A DNA stretch of 63,747 nucleotides, counting the filler, from Octopus bimaculoides (lineage: Eukaryota): the NCBI RefSeq assembly GCF_001194135.2. It is 9 parts of 8 records of this genome, joined end to end, with 100 filler letters (N's around TTAATTAATTAA, not from the genome) between each part and the next. Parts side by side here need not be neighbours in the genome. Positions count along the whole stretch, not along the records: positions 1 to 12,452 come from NC_068981.1; 8 more parts are not named here. One strand, 5' to 3'. Shown here piece after piece: positions 1 to 11,502 of the stretch. Made by a program: the position numbers and the translations under genes. Below the pieces are notes generated by a model that had not been told where the DNA came from, did not search any database, and saw nothing but the letters and a program-made list of their open reading frames with translations. How positions within the stretch are numbered: the stretch's first letter is position 1; every line of letters begins with the position of its first letter.

Positions 1-38
<38 letters not shown>

Positions 39-39
<1 letters not shown>

Positions 40-330
40 GAGGTGCATGGTTTAGTGGTTTATGTTTTGCACTCACGATCTAGAGACTGTGATTTCAATT
101 CCGAGACCGGGTGGTGCGATATTTTCAGGAGCAAAACACTTCATCTCATTTTGTTCTGCGACCACTTCGACCCCTGATGCGTGGTACACTGTCCACCTAT
201 TCAAACAACGTCGAGTTGGAGAGAGTGAGCTAATGTGCGACACGAACCTTTGATCATTGCAAACAAACCATTTGTGCAGGTCGTTCGGCAAGAGCTGAAC
301 GCTCATATGTCATCTTCGACGGGAGAGTCC
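39..330 (+). mobile_element. tRNA-derived CORE-type SINE, working family F
   Basis: A-box-like TGGTTTAGTGG, B-box-like GATTTCAATTCC and CORE-like GAGCAAAACACTTCAT; a homologous copy lies on the minus strand at 30705-30995. Confidence 0.7.
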
Positions 331-905
331 AAACGCACTCTGGCAGCACACATCAATGAGTCTATCTGCTACTACTAAACTCAAACCACGACGGTCAGAG
401 AGGATGGCCTTGAACTAGACGATTTTAAACTAACAGAGATGACATCTGCATATCGCCTGACGAAACACAACTAGATCTCATTATGCAAACAAACAGTTGC
501 ATAATCAAATACTTGTATTCTTGGAGAACTATGTTGCATAAAAACAATTGTTGCTATTAAAAAATAACTGTTCAGCGGTACTCCTTCTTGTTGACTCCAA
601 TTTCTTCAATTTTATATTCACACATGGCGAATGCCCGAACTTAAACTTGGAAGTATATAATAATACTACCGGATACTACTGGGCAATACTACGGGGCAGA
701 ATCCGAAACCATAGTATATGAGTATCTGAATGGCATATTCTTTAAAGATATGCTTTTTTAATGTCTTAATTCTTTATCCGTTTCCTCACCAGCTGTTGTT
801 TTTCTGTTACCTGGGGCCTTCCGGTGGTTAAATTAGGAACATAGCTCCTATTTCTAAACAGGTTGATGTTTTTTCTGCATCTTCAGGACTTGTGCTAACT
901 TTAAA

Positions 906-908
<3 letters not shown>

Positions 909-994
<86 letters not shown>

Positions 995-997
995 CGC
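909..997. repeat. (TG)39 followed by (CG)5C microsatellite
   Basis: Direct reading. Confidence 0.95.
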
Positions 998-1011
998 AAT
1001 ACGAGAACATG

Positions 1012-1161
1012 TAGGCGCAGGAGTGGCTGTGTCGTAAGTAGTTTGCTTACCAACCACATGGTTCCGGGTTCAGTCCCACTGCGTGGGAACTTGGGCAAGT
1101 GTCTTCTACTATAGCCTTGTTAGTGGATTTGGTAGACGGAAACTGAAAGAAGCCCGTCGTA

Positions 1162-1212
<51 letters not shown>

Positions 1213-1438
1213 GTATGTATGTGTGTGTATATATTTGTGTGTCTGTGTTTGTCCCCCCAACATTGCTTGACAACCAATGCTGGTGTGTTTACGTCCCCGT
1301 AACTTAGCGATTCAGCAAAAGAGTCCGAGAGAATAAGAACTAGGCTTATAAAAGAATAAGTCCTGGGGTCGATTTGCTCGACTAAAGGCGCTGCTCCAGC
1401 ATGGCCGCAGTCAAATGACTGAAACAAATAGAAGAATA
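1012..1438 (+). mobile_element. tRNA-derived CORE-type SINE, family A, with internal (TA)n/(TG)n microsatellite
   Basis: A box TGGCTGTGTCG, B box GGTTCAGTCCC, CORE-like CTTGGGCAAGTGTCTT and 3' module ending GTCAAATGACTGAAACAA; many homologous copies in the window. Confidence 0.9.
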
Positions 1439-1958
1439 CAGCACGCATGGCATCTATTTTGGAAATTACGCCGTTTATTTTTTTCTGCTGTGACCACCAG
1501 TATCTTGTCATCAATCCTCCATATATCTCTTTGATATATCACGTATTAATGCTCAACATTGATGAATATACTGTTCGAATTATTTGTCTCATTAATGAAT
1601 TGTATCGATTAGATGTAGCCTTATAGCATATAGAATATTGCAACAGTTTCTTTCGGCAGTTTTCTTCAAAATATCAAAATGGTATTCCTTGAAATAAATA
1701 GATTCTGCTGAAACATCTGCAAACTGTCTCTTTTGCATTGGCATTAATTACGTTTATTTCTTCTCAACTGCTTACCTACCTGTATGCATGTATGTATGTA
1801 TGTATGTATGTACGTACGCATGTATTGCATATATATGTATATACTTTTTGTATGTATTGTATGTATGTATGTATCTACGCATGTATAATTGTATCTATGT
1901 ATCTATGAGATATGTATCTATATCTGTGTATATGTACGTATATCTGTATGTGTGTGCT

Positions 1959-1994
<36 letters not shown>

Positions 1995-2113
1995 NNNNNN
2001 NNNNNNNNNNNNNNNNNNNNNNNNNNNNNNNNNNNNNNNNNNNNNNNNNNNNNNNNNNNNNNNNNNNNNNNNNNNNNNNNNNNNNNNNNNNNNNTGTGTG
2101 TGTGTGTGTGTGA

Positions 2114-2145
<32 letters not shown>

Positions 2146-2185
2146 CATATAATGCGTATGTATATATGTATTTTTTAGCGCGTGT

Positions 2186-2200
2186 ATAGATAGATAGATG

Positions 2201-2258
<58 letters not shown>

Positions 2259-2302
2259 CAGATAGATAGATAGATAGACAGATAGACAGATAGACAGATA
2301 GA
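2186..2302. repeat. (GATA)n/(GACA)n microsatellite
   Basis: Direct reading. Confidence 0.95.
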
Positions 2303-2409
2303 TGGACTGTTATATAAGTACATGCAGTTATGTATATTTACTGATACGTAAATATGTATAGTATACATAAATACAATATATGAATTTATATGTGTATATG
2401 TATGTGTGT

Positions 2410-2780
2410 GGAGGCACAATGGCCCAGTGGTTAGGGCAGCGGTTGTAGGATCGTGGTTTCGATCCCCAGACCGGGCGTTGTGGGTGTTTATTGAGTGAAA
2501 ACACCTAAGCTCCACGAGGCTCTGGCAGGGAGTGGTGGCGAACCCTGCTGTACTCTTTCACCACAACTTTCTCCCACTCTTTCTCCATGTTTCTGTTGTA
2601 CCTGTATTTCATAGGGGCCAGCCTTGGCACACCTTGTGTGTCACTGAATCTTCCCGAGAACTACGTTAAGTGTACACGTGTCTGTGGAGTGCTCAGCCAC
2701 TTGCATGTTAATTTCACGAGCAAGTTGTTCCGTTGATCAGATCAACTGGAACCCTCGTCGTCGTAACCGACGGAGTGCCA
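2410..2780 (+). mobile_element. tRNA-derived SINE, family B
   Basis: A box TGGCCCAGTGG and B box GTTTCGATCCC; homologous to 10313-10695, 28513-28893 and 40323-40576. Confidence 0.9.
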
Positions 2781-2936
2781 CGATATATGTGTGAATTTGT
2801 GTGTGTGTATTTGTGTGTGAGTGCGCGCTTGCTCGTGTGTATATACGGAAAGACCACAAATGCCTTAAGGTTCACTACAGCTGTCTTAGTGATTAAACTG
2901 ATGACATAATGAAAAAAAAAACAAGGTCTTCTTTAA

Positions 2937-3117
2937 GTGAATTTAAAATTCAAAATTACAAATTTTCCTCGGAAATCACCAAGATGTGGAATGCATGTTG
3001 ATTTTTCTCTTTTTGGCAACAAGTAAGGGTGACTCTCTCACTTTCTGCCAAAATGTGAAATTTAACACATTCCACATGTTTTCCGAACCAAATTTTAATT
3101 TTTAATTTTCAATTCAC
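2937..3117. repeat. Degenerate foldback (inverted repeat) of about 180 bp
   Basis: Left arm GTGAATTTAAAATTCAAAATT...ATGTGGAATG matches the reverse complement of CATTCCACAT...AATTTTCAATTCAC; inner TTTTGGCA/TGCCAAAA pair. Confidence 0.6.
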
Positions 3118-3672
3118 CTTGAGAAACCGTTTTATTCGTGATGTGACCAGTTTATTCATCAATAAAAAAACAAAAGGTGGTTGAAAAAGCTGCAGCGTAA
3201 CCTTGAGCCATTTGTGTTCTTTATGTGAACACCACACCTGGAACTTTCTCTACGTTCGGATCTGGAACTCACAGTGGATCGCGAAAATGCGTACCGTCCT
3301 GCATGTGTGTATATAATTTCATATACACGTATATTTATATGGATGTATATATTGATTTGTTCAAATGCATGTATATATTTAAGTTTTGGGCCATGCCTGT
3401 CTTTGCATTTGTATATGCGAGTTCGTATACGGTGTATACACGGCTGGGCTAATCGCGACCCTAACCTGCTGTCCCTTGTTTTTTAAAAATCGTTGAATCA
3501 AATGAAGCCTACAAACAATTAATGTGTGTGTGTGTTTGTGTCCTATATAGGCATAAGTACAGATGTGTGAAGTTATGGGGCAACAAAATCGGTGGGGTAT
3601 ACATATGTAGTTAAGCCTATATATCTATGTCCGTGCCTGTGCATATATATAATTTATACACATACATGCTTA

Positions 3673-3727
<55 letters not shown>

Positions 3728-4245
3728 NNNNNNNNNNNNNNNNNNNNNNNNNNNNNNNNNNNNNNNNNNNNNNNNNNNNNNNNNNNNNNNNNNNNNNNNN
3801 NNNNNNNNNNNNNNNNNNNNNNNNNNNNNNNNNNNNNNNNNNNNNNNNNNNNNNNNNNNNNNNNNNNNNNNNNNNNNNNNNNNNNNNNNNNNNNNNNNNN
3901 NNNNNNNNNNNNNNNNNNNNNNNNNNNNNNNNNNNNNNNNNNNNNNNNNNNNNNNNNNNNNNNNNNNNNNNNNNNNNNNNNNNNNNNNNNNNNNNNNNNN
4001 NNNNNNNNNNNNNNNNNNNNNNNNNNNNNNNNNNNNNNNNNNNNNNNNNNNNNNNNNNNNNNNNNNNNNNNNNNNNNNNNNNNNNNNNNNNNNNNNNNNN
4101 NNNNNNNNNNNNNNNNNNNNNNNNNNNNNNNNNNNNNNNNNNNNNNNNNNNNNNNNNNNNNNNNNNNNNNNNNNNNNNNNNNNNNNNNNNNNNNNNNNNN
4201 NNNNNNNNNNNNNNNNNNNNNNNNNNNNNNNNNNNNNNNNNNNNN

Positions 4246-5329
4246 GAAAAGCCAAGTCGACCTCGACGGAGTTTGAACTCAGAACGTAAAGACGGACGAA
4301 ATGCCGATGAGCATTTGGTCCGGTGTGCTAACAGACCTGCCACTTCAACAATGTTGAAAGTCCTTTCAACTATAAGCACAATGCCTGAAATTTGCGGGGA
4401 GGAAATAAGTCAATTCCACCGACCTCAGTACTAAACTGGTACTTAATTTATCGACCCTGAAAGGATGAAAGCAAAGTCGACCTCGGCAGAATTTGAACTC
4501 AAGTCCTAATAAAGCCGCAAGAATTGCTACTAATAATTTTAATAATAATAATAACGACAATAATCCTTTCTATTGTAGGCACAAGGTCTGAAATTTCTTT
4601 TAGGTGTGGTGGGAGTACTAGTCGATTACATTGGTACTTTAATTTATCGACCCCGAAAGGATGAAAGGCAAAGTCGACCTCGGCGGAATTTGAACTCAGA
4701 ACGAAAGGACGGACGAAATGCCACTCAGCATTTTGCCCGACGCGCCGACGGCTCTTCCAGTTCACTGCCTTTTTATTATTACTAATGATATTATTATAAT
4801 TAATAAGAAGAATAAGAATAAGAATAAGAATAAGAATAAGAGTAATCCTTTCTACTATAGGCACAAGGCCTGAAATTTGGAGGAAGGGATTTAAGTCGAT
4901 TGCTTATTTAATTAACCACGAAAGGATGAAGAAGCCAGACGAAATACCGCAAAGCATTTCGCCCGGTGGGCTAACGATTATGCCCGCTCGCCGCCTTAAT
5001 AATAATAATAATTAATTCGTTTTATTGGCCACAAGGGCTAATATCAATTAAAAACATGTAAGGACAAAGACAGGACGAAGGTTACAAAAGGTTTTGTTCG
5101 AAAAGGTAGGAAAGTTCGTCTGATCCTTTCTCCTCTAGGCACAAGGCCCGAAATTTGAGGGGTGGGAACTAATCGATTACATCGATCCCAGTATTCCATT
5201 GGTACTTAATTTATCAACCCTGAAAGGATGAAAGGCAAAGTCGACCTCGGCAGAATTTGAACTCGGAACGCAGCGACGGGGTAATACCGCTAAGCATTTC
5301 GTCCAGTGGGCCTACGATTCTGCCAGCTC

Positions 5330-5362
<33 letters not shown>

Positions 5363-5540
5363 TCTTTCTACTAATGGCACAAGGCTTGAAATTTGTGGGA
5401 GGGGACTAGTCGATGACAGCGATCCCAGCTTTCAACTGGTACTAATTTCATCGACCCCTGAAAGGATAAAAGCAAAGTCGACCTCGGCGGAATTTGATCT
5501 CAGAACGTAAAACCAGAAGAAAAGCCGCTAAGCATTTTTT
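4246..5540 (-). mobile_element. Head-to-tail train of six family C SINE copies (approx. 4246-4348, 4361-4503, 4560-4771, 4843-4998, 5123-5330, 5361-5540)
   Basis: Repeated GGATGAAAGGCAAAGTCGACCTCGGCGGAATTTGAACTCAGAAC core (B box GAGTTCAAATT on the minus strand), separated by (TAA)n/(AAGAAT)n tracts. Confidence 0.9.
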
Positions 5541-5729
5541 CATAAGAATAATAATGTTTCGAGTACTTTCTAATTGTTGAAAGAAATGGTGTCTGATATT
5601 CTGAAAACGTAACGCAAATGTAATGTGTGTGTGTGTGTATGTGTGGTACGTCCGAGGGTATGTCCTCGCGTGTGCGTATGTGCGTGTGCGTGCGAAACAG
5701 AAAGAAAGAAACTTGAAGTGTAAACCTAC

Positions 5730-5777
5730 CAACATCCCATGAAGATCCGTGAGGACTGACGGAGAGGTAAGCCATAA
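5730..5777 (-). CDS. Candidate 48-nt cassette microexon or alternative first exon of the T-box gene (V)MAYLSVSPHGSSWDV(G)
   Basis: Minus strand: CAG|TT ATG GCT ... GAT GTT G|GTAGGT; phase 1 at both ends, open and in frame with exon 1; no transcript evidence. Confidence 0.3.
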
Positions 5778-6053
5778 CTGACTGAGCATTAGCACAGTGA
5801 ACTAAGCCTAATAATAACAACAACACACAAGTGCAATCTCTCTCTCTCTCTCTCTCTCCCTTTCTCTCTCTCCCTTTCTCTCTCTCTCTCTCTCTCACTC
5901 ACACGCTGGTGATGGTAGTGGTGGCGGTGATAGTGAAGAAACGAAAACAGATTGGCGATGGGTGATGTATGAAAAAAGTGGTAGTGGGTGACGTGTTGCG
6001 AGGTGGAATGGTAAATATCAACACACACACACACACAGAGAAAAGACACTAAC

Positions 6054-7002
6054 CTTCCATATTCTTCATGACAGCTCCCGTATAGGGAACTTCTGTGGCC
6101 CCAGGGCTGTTGCAGATAGTAGTAGTAGCAGTAGTAATAGCAGTAGAAGCAGTTGTAGTGAAAGTTGTAGAGATGGTGGTGTTGGCGGTATCAGTGAGGG
6201 GGGTAAACACCGCTGCGATAGTAGCAGTAGTACTATCAATAGAGGTGGCAGTGGCTGTGATAATGTCGGTAGTGGTGGTGGCGGTGGTAGAAGTTTTATT
6301 GTATGTCGTGTTAGTGGTAGGGGTTATGTTGATGGTGTTCTTGGAGGAGGTGGCAGTGGAAGTAGCAACAGTTGTAGTAGTAGTAGCAGTTGTGGAAGTA
6401 GTATCTGGTGAAATTTTAATAGTACTGTCTAGATTATTGTTGTTGCTGTTGTTATTGTTAATGTGGTGGTAGTGGTGGTGGTGGCGGTGATTAATACTGT
6501 TACCGTTTTCTGATATGACTTCAGATGTTTCCTCTGCTTCTGCTGTTGTTGTTGTTGATGTTACTGTATCAGCTGCTACTACTACGGAAGGCAGTGGTTG
6601 TAAGGAAGATACCGGTGGGGATGGTGGTGGCAGTAGTGGTGGTGTTGGTGTTGGTGGCGAAGCGCCCTGATGGTAATGATGATGATGATGGTGTTGCTGC
6701 TGATGCTGATGAAGTTGTAATTCTTGTAACTGTAGTTCTTGCTGTTGTTGTTGCTGCTGCTGCTGCTCATGATAGTCCTGTTGCTGCTGGTTCTGACAAT
6801 GTTGATGTTGATGATGCTGATGCTGGCCCCAATCAAAATAGCAATCCGTGCTACACTGAGCGGGTACTGTGGGATACAGGAGGCCACCGGAAGCGGCCAA
6901 AAGACCCAGGCCTAATCCGTTTTCGACCACGCCGGGAGCGGACATCAGGGCAGCGATACTGAAAGCGTTGGCCTTTGCAGACAGTGGACTGTGGACATCC
7001 AT
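6054..7002 (-). CDS. TBX1: First coding exon of a T-box transcription factor, most likely Tbx1/10 (Tbx20 is the alternative); 316 codons plus 1 nt
   Basis: ATG at 7002 (the track's 7023 start is a GTG). MDVHSPLSAKANAFSIAALMS contains the eh1 motif FSIxxLM typical of the Tbx1/15/20 subfamily. SPLS...AFSI and the exon end VMKNME|G (GAAG|GTTAGT, phase 1) match my recollection of Tbx1 (MDARSPLSPRASAFSIASL...VTRDME|A). The T-box domain itself is not in the readable sequence, so orthology is inferred. Confidence 0.7.
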
Positions 7003-7189
7003 GTACCTCCTACAAAACGACACACGGTACTAAATGTTGGCACAGCAGCCAGTTTCAGATCAGCTGTGGCTGTTTTCTTTTTTTTTGGTTTTTTTTTTAA
7101 TTTATTCCAGCCAGTCACCCCCACCCCCAACACATCGGTGGAGCCAGAAAATATCTAAATCGACTTTTGTAGTTGCTACTAAGCGAGCA

Positions 7190-7260
7190 GCAGAGACGCC
7201 GCCTCCGTCGAAGCCGGGCGAAAGTTAAACGCCATAAACTTATATTACAATTAGGATCGG
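7190..7260 (-). promoter_or_regulatory. Putative core promoter of the T-box gene
   Basis: CpG-rich patch upstream of the ATG; on the minus strand CTAATTG (7248-7254), TATAAG (7239-7244) and TTTATGG (7232-7238) lie within 25 bp. Confidence 0.35.
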
Positions 7261-7335
7261 TAGAAGTAGGAGTGGAGGAAGAACAAGACGAACGGTACGG
7301 AAAGGCAGGCAGACAGGCAGGCAGCTACTCGTTAC

Positions 7336-7544
7336 ATGCATACAAACATGCATGCATACATATATACATACACATACATACATACATACATGCATAAATA
7401 CACACATACGTGCATGCATACACACATATATAGATACATACATACACACATACATACACATACAGATACATACACACATGCATGCACATACATACACACA
7501 CATACACAAATACATACACATAAACACATACACACACATGCATG

Positions 7545-7576
<32 letters not shown>

Positions 7577-7765
7577 TAGTTACATGCACACACATACATA
7601 CACACACGCATACATGCACACATACATACACATATATACACACACATAGATACACATGCATACACACATACACACACTAACATACAAACACATACCAACA
7701 CATACATATGCACACACATCCACATATATACATACATACATACACACATACATTCATACATACAT
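7336..7765. repeat. Compound (TACA)n/(CA)n microsatellite
   Basis: Direct reading; source of many spurious HTYI/VCMY ORFs. Confidence 0.95.
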
Positions 7766-7774
7766 TCTCCGATT

Positions 7775-8165
7775 TATTTCAGCCATTAGACTGCGGCCAT
7801 GCTGGAGCACCGCCTTGGAGAACTTTCAGGCGACCCCGGTACTTAGTTTCTTCTCGGTGTTTTATGCCGAACCACTGAGAAATGAGACGTAAACGCACCA
7901 ACACCGGTTGTCAAGTGATGGTGCGATAACCCCGACCCCAAATATATATTCTTTTATTCTTTTCTTTCAATCATTTGACTGCGGCCATGCTGGAGCACCG
8001 CCTTTAGTTGAAACAAATCGATCCCAGGACTTATTCTCTGTAAGCTTAATACTTATTTTATCGGTATTCTATCTATTGCCGAACCTCTAAGTAACAGACA
8101 TAAACACACCAACATCGGTTGTCAAGCGACGGTAGGAGGACAAACACAGACACACAAACACACAT
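7775..8165 (-). mobile_element. Two 3' modules of family A SINE (approx. 7775-7920 and 7950-8165)
   Basis: CAGTCATTTGACTGCGGCCATGCTGGAGCACCGCC-type motif; the second copy runs into a microsatellite and gap. Confidence 0.8.
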
Positions 8166-8232
8166 ACATATATATATACGTACACACACACACGTATATA
8201 TACACACACATATATATATATATATATACATA

Positions 8233-8275
<43 letters not shown>

Positions 8276-8617
8276 NNNNNNNNNNNNNNNNNNNNNNNNN
8301 NNNNNNNNNNNNNNNNNNNNNNNNNNNNNNNNNNNNNNNNNNNNNNNNNNNNNNNNNNNNNNNNNNNNNNNNNNNNNNNNNNNNNNNNNNNNNNNNNNNN
8401 NNNNNNNNNNNNNNNNNNNNNNNNNNNNNNNNNNNNNNNNNNNNNNNNNNNNNNNNNNNNNNNNNNNNNNNNNNNNNNNNNNNNNNNNNNNNNNNNNNNN
8501 NNNNNNNNNNNNNNNNNNNNNNNNNNNNNNNNNNNNNNNNNNNNNNNNNNNNNNNNNNNNNNNNNNNNNNNNNNNNNNNNNNNNNNNNNNNNNNNNNNNN
8601 NNNNNNNNNNNNNNNNN

Positions 8618-8666
<49 letters not shown>

Positions 8667-9016
8667 TGGTGCTCCAGCACGGCTACAGTCAAATGACTGA
8701 AACAAGTAATAGAATAAAAGAATATATTTATATACTTACGTACATATAAACGCATACGCATACATACACACATAAGCTTTCATAGTTTCATACATACATA
8801 TATACACAAACATACCTACCTACATACATACATACATACATACAAAAACACCCTGTTGTTGATGTTGAAATTCCAATGGAGCCTTGGATCTAGGTTAGAA
8901 ACCGGTTCTTTCTCTATTGGCAAGGAAATAAACAAAACGTACAGCGACCAACAATTGCTTGAGTTTATTAATGACGATGGCGGTTGGAGGTGGTGGTGGT
9001 GGTGGTGGTGGTAGTG

Positions 9017-9049
<33 letters not shown>

Positions 9050-9098
9050 CCTAGTGTTACTGATAGCGGATAGTGGCAGAGATAGTTGGAGTAATAAT

Positions 9099-9238
9099 AA
9101 TCCTTTCTAATATAAGCACAAGGCCTGAAATTGGGGATGGTGGGAGGGACTTAGTCGATTACATCGATCCCAGTGTTTGACTGGTACTTAATTTATCGAC
9201 CCCCATCCTATCCCCAAAAGGATCAAACGCAAAGTCGA
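9099..9238 (-). mobile_element. Family C SINE, 3' fragment
   Basis: GCACAAGGCCTGAAATT...GGTACTTAATTTATCGACCCC. Confidence 0.8.
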
Positions 9239-9360
9239 TGTTGTTGTTGCTGTATTATCTGCATGAGATTTGGCTGCTATTTCTAGTATTTCTATACTGG
9301 TCACGATTAAGCGTCCTCGACGTAGGCTTGCTTGCCGTTGCTGTTGCTGTTGTCGTGTTC

Positions 9361-9399
<39 letters not shown>

Positions 9400-9689
9400 G
9401 ATAGATAGATAGAGAGAGAGACATAGATAACCAGATACACGCATGCATACTTGAATAGATAGATAGATAGATAGATAGACAGACAGACACACATATATAA
9501 ATACATAGATAGCTACATATATACATACATATATATATATATATATATATGGGCATGTCTAGATATGCAGCTATATGCATGAGAATACATACATAAAGCA
9601 AAACATACAAATCTGCACATATACATACATATATAAATGCGTACATACAAACAAAAATAACCTGTTGCTGCTGCTGCTGCTACTACTCT

Positions 9690-9722
<33 letters not shown>

Positions 9723-10047
9723 CACCACCTGTAATTCCAATGAAGGAGCCTTGGATCTAGATTAGAAACCGGTTCTTTCTGTTGGCAAGAAATCTTGAAA
9801 TAAACAAAATAATGACATACATACATACATAGGAATAGACAGACAGACAGATAAAACAGACAGTAAAAATTTAGGACTACATTTTTAAGTGAGTCCTTCC
9901 CTTGCAGCACAATTGCAGTATGACCTGCCGTAGATTCGGCTACTATTACTAGCAGCAATAGTTGTCACATATACGCCCCCCCCCACCTCATCGCAGGTCA
10001 CTTGCTGCGCTGCTTGAGTCAACTCTGTTGACCTAGGCACATTACAG

Positions 10048-10300
10048 GAAGGCAGGTGGCCGAATGGTTAGGGTGACGCATTCACGATCATTAAGTTGTA
10101 AGTTCAATTCCCGGACTGAGCGGTGCGTTGTGGTTTGGGGCAAAACACTTCGTTTCACGCAGAACAGTCTCCCGATCAGGGAGGAGGATGGCTTGCTTGC
10201 CTGGCCAGCGGGGTGGCATCATTCGAAAGCTAATACGATCGAAAGTGCATTGTGACCAGCGATGTATAACAACATCCGAGAGTCTGGCTGATCACGTGAT
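10048..10300 (+). mobile_element. tRNA-derived CORE-type SINE, family E
   Basis: A box TGGCCGAATGG, B box AGTTCAATTCC and CORE-like GGGCAAAACACTT; distinct 3' region. Confidence 0.65.
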
Positions 10301-10312
10301 TTACATGCTATG

Positions 10313-10695
10313 TTGTTGGCACTCAGTCGCTTACGGCGACGAGGGTTCCAGTTGATCCGATCAACGGAACAACCTGCTCGTGAAATTAACGTGCAAGTGG
10401 GTGAGTACTCCACAGACACGTGTACCCTTAACGTAGTTCTCGGGGATATTCAGCGTGACACAGAGTGTGACAAGGCTGACCCTTTGAATTACAGGCACAA
10501 CAGAAACAGGAAGTAAGAGCGAGAGAAAGATGTGGTGGAAGAGTACAGCAGGGTTCGCCACCATCCCCTGCCGGAGCCTCGTGGAGCTTTAGGTGTTTTC
10601 GCTCAATAAACACTCACAACGCCTTGTCTGGGAATCGAAACTGCGATCCTATGACCGCGAGTCCGCTGCCCTAACCACTGGGCCATTGCGCCTCC
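10313..10695 (-). mobile_element. Family B SINE, full length
   Basis: Reverse complement of the family B sequence with (CAA)n tail; flanked by TGCTATG at 10306-10312 and 10701-10707. Confidence 0.9.
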
Positions 10696-10709
10696 ACACC
10701 TGCTATGCA

Positions 10710-11200
10710 CAGCGCCGGATTAGCCATTAAACAAAATAAGCATGTGCTTAGAGCATCAAGGGCAGAAGGAGCACCACAGAAATGGTAGACCGTTTACGGC
10801 ACAAAAGAAAATGACGTTAAACTAGTTAGAATAACATTCGAAGTGGTTTACGACCAGAAATATGATTTTGTAGTGTTCATGGGGATTAAAGACTTTGGAA
10901 TTAAAAAGTGTGAGAGAAAACTTTTCAAATACAAATAAAATGGAAGCATACGAAAATAAATATTATTTTCCATATTACTATTAGTTTGGTTTCATTTTAC
11001 TCTTTTACTTGTTTCAGTCATTTGACTGCGGCCATGCTGGAGCACCACCTTTAGTCGAGCAAATCGATCCCAGGACTTATTCTTTGTAAGCCTAGTACTT
11101 ATTCTATCGGTCACTTTTCCGAACCGCTAAGTGACGGGGACATAAACACACTAGCATCTGTTGTCAAGCAATGCTAAGGGGGACAAACACAGACACACAA

Positions 11201-11239
<39 letters not shown>

Positions 11240-11476
11240 CATATATACGACGGGCTTCTTTCAGTTTCCGTCTACCAAATCCACTCACAAGGCTTTGGTC
11301 GGCCCGAGGCTATAGTAGAAGACACTTGCCCAAGGTGCCACGCAGTGGGACTGAACCCGGAACCATGTGGTTGGTAAGCAAGACGGTTTATTAGTTTATA
11401 TTTTGAATCACATATGTAGAGGAGCACCAAAATCTTTTAAGTACTTAGGGTCTCCATAGGCCTTAATCCGGCCCTG
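10710..11476. mobile_element. hAT-type MITE with a nested family A SINE
   Basis: TIRs CAGCGCCGGATTA / TAATCCGGCCCTG; perfect 8-bp TSD GCTATGCA (10702-10709 and 11477-11484). Confidence 0.85.
10996..11382 (-). mobile_element. Family A SINE, 5'-truncated, nested in the hAT MITE
   Basis: Close match to the other family A copies. Confidence 0.9.
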
Positions 11477-11502
11477 GCTATGCACATTATATGAGGGGAC
11501 GC

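Noticed and set aside
1-5700. Search for T-box domain exons downstream of exon 1
   Set aside because: No LWxxF/GTEMI/GRRMF-type peptide was found in the stretches I translated; the exons probably lie in gaps or left of the window
6095-6962. Plus-strand ORFs 6095-6472 and 6525-6962 (polyV/polyL) and minus-strand alternative-frame ORF 6582-6887
   Set aside because: Shadow frames of the trinucleotide-repeat-rich T-box exon
7003-7012. Shine-Dalgarno-like AGGAGGT just upstream of the T-box ATG
   Set aside because: The context is clearly eukaryotic (spliceosomal donor, SINEs); treated as coincidence
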